Assembly: GCA_015680685.1 (NCBI GenBank)
Contig: MNCI01002568.1
Span: forward strand, 984,116-1,048,115
Reading direction: 5' to 3'
DNA from: Gnetum montanum
Lineage: Eukaryota > Plantae > Gnetophyta
DNA length: 64,000 bases
Below the pieces are notes generated by a model. That model had not been told where the DNA came from. It saw only the letters and a program-made list of their open reading frames with translations, and searched no databases. This document shows positions 10,985-21,949 of this stretch, in pieces (positions within the stretch are counted from its first letter, which is position 1; each line of letters opens with the position of its first letter). The position numbers and the translations under genes are program-made.

Positions 10985-13482
10985 AATAGTGACAACATAA
11001 TCCCTGACAACGTTCTTAAGATTAGTTTGAATTTTCTATAGTTTCTTATGAAGGTACCCACTATGAAACTCTCAAAAAAGGAGAAACACTATAAATATAT
11101 AATATTGTTTTATATTTTTAAATCACATTAAAAAGCAGTGCTTTTGCTTAGCCACTAGGATTCCATTTATCCACCAACCTTTCCTATCTATTTTGTGTAG
11201 ATGATGATTTTTTTTATGTCTCAATCCTAGGTTTTATTTACTTGAATTTTATTCATCCACTAACCCTCCTAGACTAGCTTGGTGGGTCAACATTAAGGCA
11301 CTGAATGACAATCTTTTATGTATTGATGAACTTGTCCTCTCAATCAAAGGTCCTATCTATTAGAATTTCATTCATCCTCCAACCCTCCTAAACCACCTTT
11401 GCGAGAATGGACTGTGATGCAATGGAAATTCATGCTCGGAATGATGATCTTTTTTACGTTAAAAGAAATTGTCATATCAATCCCAGCAACTATCAGCGCT
11501 TGAAACCAGCATATTTCATTGCTTTTTCTTCTTTTCCGTTTCCAGAGATGTAATGTAATAAGAATATTTTGGAGGCAACCTTACGAGGGGGCTCCACTTT
11601 AAGTCGAATAATTGATCCTACCACACTACCGCATGTCTACAACAAACAAATAAATCTCAATGCAATCCATGCCTACTGATAATGCCCTGAAAAGATTACT
11701 GGGTTGTTCGCATCATGATGATGAAGGTGGTGAAAACCAAAAAAGGCTGCACAGTATTGGAGCCTTGTGGAAAATATTAGAGACAAAACAGGAGTCATTT
11801 TTCTCCCTTTTTCAGAACCTGGCCAGCACGTTGCAGTGCATTCCTTTAAATGATGCAACATAACTTTTCATCGTACAAAATCTTGCACAGATTGCCCGTG
11901 ATTTTCAACATGTGGTTGTGCTGTTATAGTGCACAAGCACTACTGTAAATGGTCATACGATGCCATAATTGATAATCGTATACAACAGCTTTGGATGTAA
12001 CGCCATGATTTTGATGAAGAAGCTCTGATTACTTGATTGCTTGGGTTGGTTTTAACTTATTGGTCCACAAATTAATCGGTTGTCAATATGAATGCCATGA
12101 TCTTCGTGGATAATGATACGGTTCGCTTAAAGTAGAATGATTTTCAACGTCTTGTGCTTTTGTTTTGTGTATTTGGAAGCTACCGCCGCATAGTCAATCC
12201 TTTTATGCAGAACCAGAAACAATAAACAGGTGACTATCCAATGATTTTAAGGTTGAAAATGTATGCCAAGGAAGAACCAAATTATCTGAATTAACTAGCT
12301 GTGATTTTGGGATAACACATATCCAAAGCAGCGATTATAAATAATTTATAATTTTGAAACACTGCTGCTGAAATCGTTTCCTCACTCGTATCTGAAATTG
12401 AATTTTTATTTGCTTTCATTGAGACCCTCTTATATCTATGAGATAAAGTCATAAAAGAGGTTTCAAAATTCTTTTTTACTTGTTACGTTGGCAAACAAAT
12501 TTTCATAATGTAGCAGTGCCGTTTGGCATTTGAGTAGCTATTGGCCTGTAGTAAACGATGCAAATGCAAGTGCAGAATCAATGTTTTTTCTTTTTATGTT
12601 TCCGGCTTCATCAACCTATTACTGTCCTGGTCTTGATGGATATGCTTCATAGGAAGCCGTCGAAAATTCGAAATAATCATGAACGGAGCGTTTTCCATTC
12701 TTGTTGGCAATTCCAGATTAAGATTCCATGTATTTTGTCGTAGGTAAAAGCTAAGAAAATAGGTATATACATATTCTTAACCAATAGAAGCAATGCTATT
12801 TGTTAATAAATTTTACTTTTAAAACTTGATTTTACCCTTACCACTATTTTTTCGAGATTCCTCAAAATTTTTGCAACTACTTTGCACGATTGTCTCGTGG
12901 AATCCCGAATCTTATAATTCCAACCTTCTGCAACTCTAAATTTTGTAAAGCATGCATGAATAACTATAAACTCAAGAATGTCGGTAAGTTTGGACTCGAA
13001 ACTTACGTCTTTCGGTCGCCTTTCAATATCCACCATTCAAATCATCCAAACTTCTGAGATCTGACAGTATTCACCTCATCCACAGGCAGACATGACACCA
13101 TTATACATGAAACTGTTACGATAACAATGCTAGTCCGGTATCACAGAAAAAGCAAGCCATTCATTGGCTTACTGGCATTTTTTTTTGTGGCCCCAATTTG
13201 CACATGAAAAAGGCTTTGTACAGGATCCTGGATTATGGCATCTCATATTTTTAGTTACTGTAACTTTATGGCCTTACATGCAATTTTAAGCTGATAATTC
13301 AAAATCATCAGTTATGGCAAATTTAGGCTGATGGTTCAGAATTTTGAGCACAAGCTGTTTCTGCTGGAATTCTTTAAATTCATTTATGGAGCTGCTGGAG
13401 TAGGCTCATCCAATGGGATCCTAGTTTCCATGCATATTTCTGAGTTGGCTAAGCCAGAGTTTCAGAGAATAGTTTTATAAGG
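10985..13482 (+). promoter_or_regulatory. Upstream (promoter/5'-leader) unit of CAR copy A, paralogous to those of the other copies
   Basis: Ordered blocks GGCTCCAC, GCACGTTGCAGTGCATTCCTTTAAATGATGCAACA, TTTTCAACATGTGG, TTCAATATCCACCATTCAAA and GTGGCCCCAA recur in whole or in part upstream of copies B, C and D and in the relics. Confidence 0.6.
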
Positions 13483-14255
13483 ATGGAAAACATGCTGCAT
13501 CTGTTGGTGGCCAGAAAGGCAACGGATTCATAAAGTTTTGCGTTTTTCGTTGCGAAAACGGGATCCAGTTTCAAAACGCCGTTTTTCATGAACAGTAACC
13601 GTCACTTGGTGGGCAAAAACGTTTCTGGGCAGACACGTTTCGTTACGTTTTGGACATATTTTCGTTGATTTTTTTTTTAATTTTAGGGTTTTAAGATACA
13701 AAAGCATCCGATGCTTTATTCTCAACAATTGCATCTGTGACGAATTAAATGCAGGTCTGTTATGAATTAAATGCAAGTCTGCAACGAATTGAATGTGTGA
13801 AACGGAAGGTTTATCCTAATCTTGCTATTTACGTAAGTTTATTGATGGGTAATGTTCTTAGATACCAATAAATAAAAATATTGTAAATTTTTATAAGTTT
13901 ATTGATGGGTAAGGTTCTTAGATACCAATAAATAAAAATATTGTAAATTTTTATATATAAAAATCATTGTATTGTATTACATTTAAAATTTTTGTTCATG
14001 AATTGTTGTTCTATGAAACAAAAAATATACACATAATTCTACTAAAATTAAAGTTATATTTAAAGCTGGTTTCTTTTTTTTTGATTGTTTGCCGTTTCCG
14101 TTGCATTGCCGTTGTCGTCACGTTGCGCCGTTTTCCGTTTTCCGTTTCCCGTTTCCCGTAACTATGATCTGTTGAGGATGCTGGTAATCTGGGCCAGGAA
14201 TCTTGAGGTCCGGAATATGAGTGATCCTTACGTTGTGATTTCTCTCGGTAATCAG
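13483..14255 (+). pseudogene. CAR: CAR pseudogene (copy A): exon 1 only, interrupted by a 660-bp insertion
   Basis: Removing 13507-14174 gives MENMLHLLRMLVIWARNLEVRNMSDPYVVISLGNQ, homologous to exon 1 of the intact copies. It has D22N, a 2-codon deletion and a GT>GC donor change. No exon 2 or 3 was seen downstream. Confidence 0.9.
13507..14166. mobile_element. Non-autonomous hAT-like DNA transposon
   Basis: Perfect 8-bp TSD ATCTGTTG (13499-13506 and 14167-14174). Clustered subterminal CCGTTT/AAACG(G) motifs resemble Ac/Ds transposase sites. AT-rich interior with a 60-bp tandem duplication (13834-13953). The left TIR is not clean. Confidence 0.75.
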
Positions 14256-14770
14256 GCTCGTTTTCATTTGTTTTTCAAAGCATTCTTATTTCCATTTCAA
14301 GTTACATTGATAAGCACTTTAAGTCCTAGCACACTTCTACCAATAAGGCGTACAATTCTTGGAGGTACATTTAGTTAAATAGTTTTAAATCTGGATGACC
14401 TTAAGATATCTTAAGAAGATTTCATGTATAAAATTATTTGCTGTATTTTGAGAAGTCAAAAGCTATTTTGATATAAAACTTTTACTATTATGCTCACATT
14501 TCATTATCAAGCAAATAATGAACTCTGAATTGGAACAAACTTACGAGTTACCATTAATTTTATTCAAATTATAGCAGGAAATAATTCAATAAAATTGATG
14601 TATACTCCAAACAACTTCTATGAATCATCTAACTATAGTTTTTAAAATAATATATCATCGCACAAGCCAAGAGGATTTGCATTTTTTTAATTTCAAATGA
14701 CTCTCTTTATTCTACAAAGATAGAAATCTAAAAAAATGCAAGGATTACAATTTTTTTTATTGTCATATTT

Positions 14771-15030
14771 CATCATCATCATCCTAGCCTTGTCCCAAAG
14801 TTGCATGAGTTCCTTTTAGCCATTTGCCTCTATGAAAAGTTCTTTGTTTATTTGTAGATTTGTTGCACATGGCATTTGGTGAATGCCCTAGCATCTTCAA
14901 TATCTAAAAAAGAAACTCATCCATAGATTTGGCAAGGTTTTACAAGTGACTACCAACTTGATGCAAACTCTCCTTTGGTTTCTGGGATTGGGACCAGCAT
15001 TGGCAAAATTTTTCAATTGCCATACAGTTA
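14771..15030 (-). mobile_element. Short internally deleted RTE derivative (RTE 5' head fused to RTE 3' tail)
   Basis: 14771-14858 is the reverse complement of the RTE 3' end at 7088-7190, including the (GAT)n tail. 14860-15030 is non-coding and begins with a twister-ribozyme-like sequence. Confidence 0.7.
14961..15030 (-). ncRNA. Degenerate twister (type P1-like) ribozyme
   Basis: The minus strand reads UAACUGUAUGGCAAUUGAAAAAUUUUGCCAAUGCUGGUCCCAAUCCCAGAAACCAAAGGAGAGUUUG. The rice twister core, as recalled, is UAACACUGCCAAUGCCGGUCCCAAGCCCGGAUAAAAGUGGAGGG. P4 (CUGG/CCAG) and a P3-like hairpin (UGGCAA/UUGCCA) pair, but pseudoknot bases are mutated. Confidence 0.65.
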
Positions 15031-15599
15031 AATCCTTTAAATAATTGTTTAAGTATTAAACAAAGTTAAATTGAAAATTCTATTATGTTTTATCAAATCT
15101 AATTAATGTGTCTTTCTTAGAATTAGGGTAGGAACATGAGAGTGCGAATGCCAAGTGGAAATTGAGGTTTCTTCCAAGCACCTCCCTTGAATTATAGAAG
15201 GATTATCTAGAATTCAGCTCTAGTCTCTAAATATCATAAAATTACATTAACTAGGAGAGTTTGTTAAAATTAGTTTAGCTATATTTTTTTCAAACTGAAA
15301 CTTTTTTCTTAGGTGAACTAAGACCCTTTATCAGACTCGAGAGAATCTTTTTCCTTCTCCAAAAATCAAATCATTGGATTCAGTCCTAGAATGTTCGGTT
15401 TGTTAAATTTATTTGTTGCTTTACCTCTCAATTTCTATCCCTTCAACCGATGGACTCAAATAAAACTCCAAAGTTCAATCAAGCCGACTAAACAAGGCCT
15501 TGGGCTTGTCGGTCCCTTGGCGTCACGAGTAAAAACCAAGAAGGCTGCGCAAACAGTACTGGAGCATGGTCGAAAATCTATGCATCAAAAGATTCGTGG

Positions 15600-16925
15600 A
15601 AGCGTGTGCCTCAAGAAAAAGTGGGGACGGGTTCGTAGCTGTAGTTTTTTAAAAATTAAATCTCATATATCATAAAAATACATTCTAAAATATAGAACAA
15701 GTACAATGTAAATCCAAAATATTGTTAATGCTTAAAAATTGCACAGAAGATTGCAATATCACCATTAAATTAAAGCAAGAAAATTTGCAGGCTAAAGCAA
15801 GAAAATTTGCAAAGGTATGGAGGGCATTTAATCCATTTCCTTACTCATAATTTCTGCAACAACCAAAATGACATATAATTTCTGCATTTTGCATATACTC
15901 TGGCTAAACATATAATTTCTGCAACAACCAAAATGACAGCAATAAAATGAAACCCTTTTGTTACTCAATCCAATATTTTCAAAAATGAAATTAAGGGCCA
16001 CGTTGAAGATGACGGCATTATAAAAAAACACAACTTAACTAAACTAGGCACAGCCCTGTAACTCACCTCACCTACAATGATGAAAAACCTTTCCCCTCAC
16101 CTAAGATGATCAAAAACCTTTTAGTAGCTGGAAAATTGACACTAGTCATGATGAAGGGGAAAGTAAAAACAGAGCACCATAAGCTTGCATATGGCCATTG
16201 GCCATGTGCTGGTCGGCTTCATTGCTTTATAAGCAAACAGATTTTTAAAAAAGTTGAACAAGCATCATCATCATCATGTTCATAACTAATGAGCCATGAC
16301 GATGACCCTGTTTCGTTTTTTCTTTTTTGAGCAGAGATATAAGAAAAAGAGCAAAAACCAGCAATGAAAATGTGAGTCATGGCGACCTTTGACGCTCCCA
16401 AAGCCAGGCGAATCCATGCAAATGCAATGTTTTCCTCGCACGCCCCGTCCAAAACTTGATTTCCGTATGACCCATACTTGCCCCTTCGGCCTTCAGTTAC
16501 CATAGTAGCCCTTTCGTGATTTCTGTGTGTTTGTTTATTTATTCGTACTCCCTTGTTTTCTGTGGTCCGTCTCATGCCGATGCTATGAGGGTATGATTCC
16601 TGCTCGCCACTTAACAATGAAACGAAAGAATCTTGATTGCCTGCTTGCCACTTAACAATGAAATGAAATTTTGGGTATGATTCAGAACAGGAGAAGATAC
16701 GTAAGATTTTAATACAAAATGCAGACATTGCAAAAAATAAAAAGGCAAGAACAATACAAGGAAAGGTAAGGCCACGTATATGTACAAATCCAGGCAAAAT
16801 TCCATTGCAAATTATGAGATACTTACCCATTGCGAATTAAATGCGCTCTGTACACGCTCCCGAATGCGACGAGAACAGTTCGTCAAAATTTATTCAGAAT
16901 TGCGAATCTCCGGTGCATAGTCGAA
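15600..16925. repeat. About 1.3-kb non-coding block duplicated at about 28065-29505
   Basis: Colinear shared text: CTCAAGAAAAAGTGGGGA, AACTAAACTAGGCACAGCCC, GCATATGGCCATTGGCCATGTGCTG, GGAGAAGATACGTAAGATTTTAAT, CCCATTGCGAATT. Confidence 0.9.
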
Positions 16926-17199
16926 AATATAACACAGTCACTGCAAACAGTACAAGATTTGTCTCCGTTTTCAGAGCCTGGCACGTTGCAGTGCATTCCT
17001 TTAAATGATGCAACAGATTTTGGATTTTCCTGATACAAATCTTTCACAAAATCCTACGATTTTCAACATGTGGTTGTGCTGTTTTATGCGATTTGTAGCT
17101 ATGTTGCACTGTTGTAAACAGTGATATGATGCCCGGATGCCGTAATTGTTAGGATTCATAAATATATCTAACTAACTGATTCCGTGCAAGGTCGCGTCA

Positions 17200-17371
17200 T
17201 ATGATTTTGGAGGTTTACTCTGATTCGATCATGGCTTGGGCTGGTTTTAATTACTGGTCGACAAACCCAATCAATTGCCAGCTTCTATGATTTTGGAGGT
17301 TTACTCTGATTCGATCATGGCTTGGGCTGGTTTTAATTACTGGTCGACAAACCCAATCAATTGCCAGCTTC
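17200..17371 (+). repeat. Perfect 86-bp tandem duplication in the CAR-B upstream region
   Basis: 17200-17285 = 17286-17371. Confidence 0.9.
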
Positions 17372-17534
17372 AACGTCATGATTTTCATGGGGGAAGAAAA
17401 TGCTGTTACCTGGAAGTAGCAGTTTTTATCATGATTTTCGTGAGTGGGGATGCTTTTTGAATTCTGAAGGGAAAAATGGTATTGGTTGCTGAGGCTTATA
17501 ATGGAAAGTCGGTCTGAGCAAAGGATGATTTTCA

Positions 17535-17543
17535 ACACGTGGC
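17535..17543 (+). promoter_or_regulatory. Canonical ABRE/G-box ACACGTGGC about 1.5 kb upstream of the CAR-B ATG
   Basis: Exact match to the PyACGTGGC consensus. Function is unproven because short motifs occur by chance. Confidence 0.35.
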
Positions 17544-19074
17544 GGATCTGCTCTGTGTAAATGGAAGCTACAGTTTTACAATAAAGCATGCATGTCATGC
17601 CATGTTTTTGGTGGGTACACTTATGGTACCCATTGGCACTTGGCAAAACCAGACACAGCAGACTGGTGCGTGTCCAATGATTTTGGGGCTGATTAATGTA
17701 TGTGAAGGAAAAGCCAAAATAGCAGCAGCATGTGATGTTGGGATTGTTAAGTATCCAAAGCATGCAACTACAAAACAGAACAGAAGCAGAAGCTATTTGC
17801 CAGTTCATTGCAAAAACTTAAACTTCCTAAGCACAAAAAAGAGCAGGGACTTGATATCTCATTTAAGGATATATAAAGTAATCCAAAGCAGGTTGGTAAG
17901 TTGGTCTGGCAACAGATTTTAACAAAGGTATAGTCAAATATCCAAAACATGAATAAAAATGTATTTAAAATAGATAATAAGTAATTAGGTATTTTTGTAA
18001 GCAAGCTTCTTTTGAGTTCATATCATTTTATAATGAAAAGCACCCTTTGGTTCAAAAGATCTGGAGTATTAGCAGCATTTTTTATTAGTTGCCCTCATAT
18101 CCAACATTTTCGCCAAAAGTATAATATTGCTGCAAAATGCTTACATGATCTTTTGTAGTTACAGTCAGTAGCTACTTTATTGAGTCCATATTTAATTTTC
18201 ATGATACAAATGTAACATGTCTACTAAATCCTATTGGTTTTTAGAGGGAATAAAACCTCAGTTTTATTTTCTCTTTCATAATTTTAGGACTGTTCAAATA
18301 CCTAAAGAAATAATTAAAAATATGTAATTTCTATCATGGGTGCATCTACTCAAAAAGATTAAGGTGAGATTAGCATTAAAGCTCTAGGTAAACTGATTTA
18401 GCATCCAAAGGCCTAGTTAAGACACTTATAGAGTTTAATATCTGTATTTAGTGAAAGGTGTCTAAAACGAAGTAGCATTGTGATGGACACCGTCCACATC
18501 TATCTTATAAACCAAGTTTTTTATTAAAAAGAAATACAAATGCATATTCAATGTATTTTGTTTTTATGTTTCCGGGATTCAACAACCTATTACTGTATCA
18601 CTGTCCTGATCCTGATCTTAATGGATCACCATAAACTAAAGCATGTCGCTACATGTGTAGTGATTTACTGGAAACGATCTACTTTTAATATCCACTATTC
18701 AAAATACCCCCACCACAGAGACGACACCATTATAGATTATCGATTTATTTTTATAGCTGTTGCGATAATAACGCTGATGTGGCATCACAGAAAGCGGAAG
18801 CGATTCGTGGCGTCCTCTCTCTGGTTTCTATGGCCCTAACCTGCATATTCAAAAGGCTCTGCATAGTGTTCTGGATTCGAACATCTCACATTTTTATTTA
18901 CTGTGTAAATTTATGGCCTTGGGCTCATAATTTTTGGAATTCTGACCTTATGCTGATGCTGGAATTCTATAAATTCACGTGTGTAACTAGTGGATTACGC
19001 TCATCCAGTGGGAATCCTGGTTTCCAAATTTCCAAGTCGGCTAAGCCAGAGTTTCAGGGTATAGTTTTAGAGAA

Positions 19075-21199
19075 ATGGAAAACATGCTCGGTCTGTTGAG
19101 GGTAAGGATGATCCGAGGCAAGAATCTTGCAATTCGGGATATCACCTCCAGTGATCCCTACGTTGTCGTTCGTCTCGGTAATCAGGTTCGTTTTCACTTG
19201 TTTCTAGTAGCCTTTTTATTGCCAGTTTATCCTTTTTCTGTTTGATATTTACTGTTGTAAGCTTCTGCTATCGTCTGTATCTCACTAACCTCAAGCTTCT
19301 GTTATTTCCATGGTGCTTTGCTTCAAACTGTATCCGTTTCAGACTGTCAAGACAAGAGTTATCAAGAAGAATCTTAATCCTGTTTGGGATGAGGATTTGA
19401 CTGTTTGTGTAACAAACCCAAATCTGCCACTCAAATTGGTAAGACTTTCATCTTTCAAGGCCGTTCTAGCTCAGCTAATACTATCATTGTTATTTATTTG
19501 GGTTTAAATTGCTATATTTATTTGTTTTGGGTCATTTATGAACCTTGACAGCTCCTCTCATTTATTGTTAACATTCAGTTACAAGTCCCTATGAATAAGA
19601 TGATGCCAAATTCTCCCTAAACTGTAGATTCTGTACTACGTTGAGAATTTTCCTTCCTCTTGTTAGCATTTCAGTGTTACTGCTGGGAAGTGGGAAGAAT
19701 GGTTCGTTTCTTTGGTAAAGAATCATTTTCTAACAAAATTTTAGCCATTTGGGGAGATTTCATCAATTCACTTTGTACAGAGCACTGAAACAATTTGCCA
19801 AAATCCCTACGTTATCATTTTCAGAATGATGTTTTATAAAAGTATTCTGTGCTTTTGAAGCTGTATCAGCTACATGGACACTGGTCTGTTTGTCTTGTAA
19901 TTTTTTAAAATTTTTTGACCATTTTCTAACTTGAACACTACTTGTTTAGCATTCTTTAAAGGTTTTTCATTTATTTGGTGTGGCTAGAATGGGGGAATCA
20001 AACTCAATTCTTTTAAGTATGGTGTTTTTTTTTAAAAAAAGCTTTTGACCTTTTCTCTTCCTTATCTTGATGGCTTTTATATTTCTAAGCTTTTGATAGT
20101 TTTTCATTCTGTGGGGTTGGTATGGTGGAAATCGAACCATTTCTTTAACCTTTTTATTCTGTTGGGTTACCATGTTGGGCTGGCTTTAGGGGCCACCATA
20201 ATTTTCTTCCTGTGCATATTTCTATTTCAAGAGGGCCACCGTTTTGAAAGGTCAAAATTATACCAATCCTGTAGGTAGGGTAAAATCACAATTTTAATAT
20301 ATTTGCTGATCATGATGCCCTCCATTCTTCCTCCAAGGCTAAAACCGTTCCACAATAATTTCCATTAAGAACTGCTTTTTCAGAAATATGCACAACTTAT
20401 GCAGTATATGACAATTGTGTTTCTGTGACAGTTTTGCAGAATCTTGCATCCACTGGACTGCAGGGTCCTAATACGTGAACTAGCAGTGAATTTGTACCTT
20501 TATTTCACCTTTGAAAAAACCATTCCCAAGAAGTTACTAAAAAGTTAAACTACTATGATTGTTGAAATTAATTAGAGTTTGATAAAGACGATTAGAAGTC
20601 TTTACTGACGCATAAGTTCACGTTCTAAACTAACCTTCCTGGGCAACTAAAACCATTAGTCAACGAAAATAGAAGAGCTGATGGCTAACAGTTTATATCT
20701 TACCGGTCACACATGCAATTTCGACTGAATTATGTTCCCGAGTTCTCAGCGGTCTATACATTGATTCTCTATTTATGGTAATAATGCCTTTTATTATAAT
20801 AATGCTTCTTAACATACTTCTTTGATTTGAGTTTGATTTCAGCTAGTTAGAGACAAGGACATATTCAGCAAGGATGATGACATGGGAGATGCTGTGGTAG
20901 ACCTGCAGCCCCTGTTCATGGCTGCCAGTAGGAGAGCTATGATTCCCCCATCTGCAACAGAGGCTGTCACATTTCACACATTGCAAAAGTGCAAAGAAAA
21001 CTATCTGGCCTCAGACAGCCACATCAACTTTGTCAAAGGGCAGCTTGTGCAGGATGTTTGCCTGAAACTTCAGAATGTGGAGACTGGGGAACTTGAACTG
21101 CAGCTCAAATGGATTGCTGTTGCTCGTCGATGCACCATAAGTAATGCTAGTCACAATGTCACCCATGGAAATCACGGGACCTTGAACCTTATTTCCTGA
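19075..21199 (+). CDS. CAR: C2-DOMAIN ABA-RELATED (CAR) family single-C2 protein, copy B, 187 aa; exons 19075-19185, 19343-19438, 20843-21199
   Basis: MENMLGLLRVRMIRGKNLAIRDITSSDPYVVVRLGNQ / TVKTRVIKKNLNPVWDEDLTVCVTNPNLPLKL / LVRDKDIFSKDDDMGDAVVDLQPL...QDVCLKLQNVETGELELQLKWI. Introns are GT-AG, phase 0. All five Ca2+-binding Asp (22, 27, 73, 75, 81) and the CAR signature insert are present. Confidence 0.93.
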
Positions 21200-21949
21200 C
21201 CTAGGGTCTTACTCTGTAAAATGGCTGTGAATCCTTTGAAATGTAAAATGAAGATATACAGTAATATATACAGATATAGCATGTCAAGAACAGCTAAAAC
21301 CATCATGCAGTTGGGGCCCAATATCCTCTGGCACTCCAAACTGCATCCGCAACGTGGTTTTCCCACCGATGCTGTCCTATAATGGCCTTGTATGCTTGTG
21401 TTCTTATTTGTTTTTATCAAATTTTATGACCTTGTTAAGTTTTCACGGTTCTCTCTCTTTTTAATTTTTGGTTTTTCATATAGCCAGCACATGACTCGCA
21501 TGACTTTCATTATTTTAAATAAATAATAATGATACTAACACCCATGTAAGTTATGGATAGTTAAAAAACAAAAAGGAATTGTTAATCATGCCATTAAAAA
21601 AACCATTTGTAGCCACTTTCATGTTCCTCCACTTCAAGTGCATAATTACCTACTAGTTGCACATAATTACTTGCTAGTTGTACATAATTCTTGTAGATGG
21701 TAGGTGAATTTGCACTTTGATTACTATGTATATTTTAGAATAGTCTTTGGAATTGAATTTGTTACTTTTGCATTCATAAGTTGCTTACTTTTTTTGTTAT
21801 TGATGTTGTTGCAAATAGGATACTTAATGTTGTCCTTATTGAGTATTAAACTAATCTTATATCACAATATGTATTCACTTTGCAACTAAATAATGTGATG
21901 CAAAAGCATAACATTTAATTCACTTGTACTAGGTAATATTCTTGTTTTT

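Noticed and set aside
11660-11863. Shared peptide TLQCIPLNDAT in ORFs 11660-11863 and 16830-17033
   Set aside because: It reflects the identical 35-nt non-coding motif. The rest of the two ORFs is unrelated.
16145-16280. C/D-box snoRNA starting ATGATGA (also 28700)
   Set aside because: No CTGA D box at a suitable distance and no terminal stem.
16219-16830. 203-aa minus-strand ORF
   Set aside because: No recognisable domain. The paralogous block (28781-29345) is split across several frames, so the frame is not conserved.
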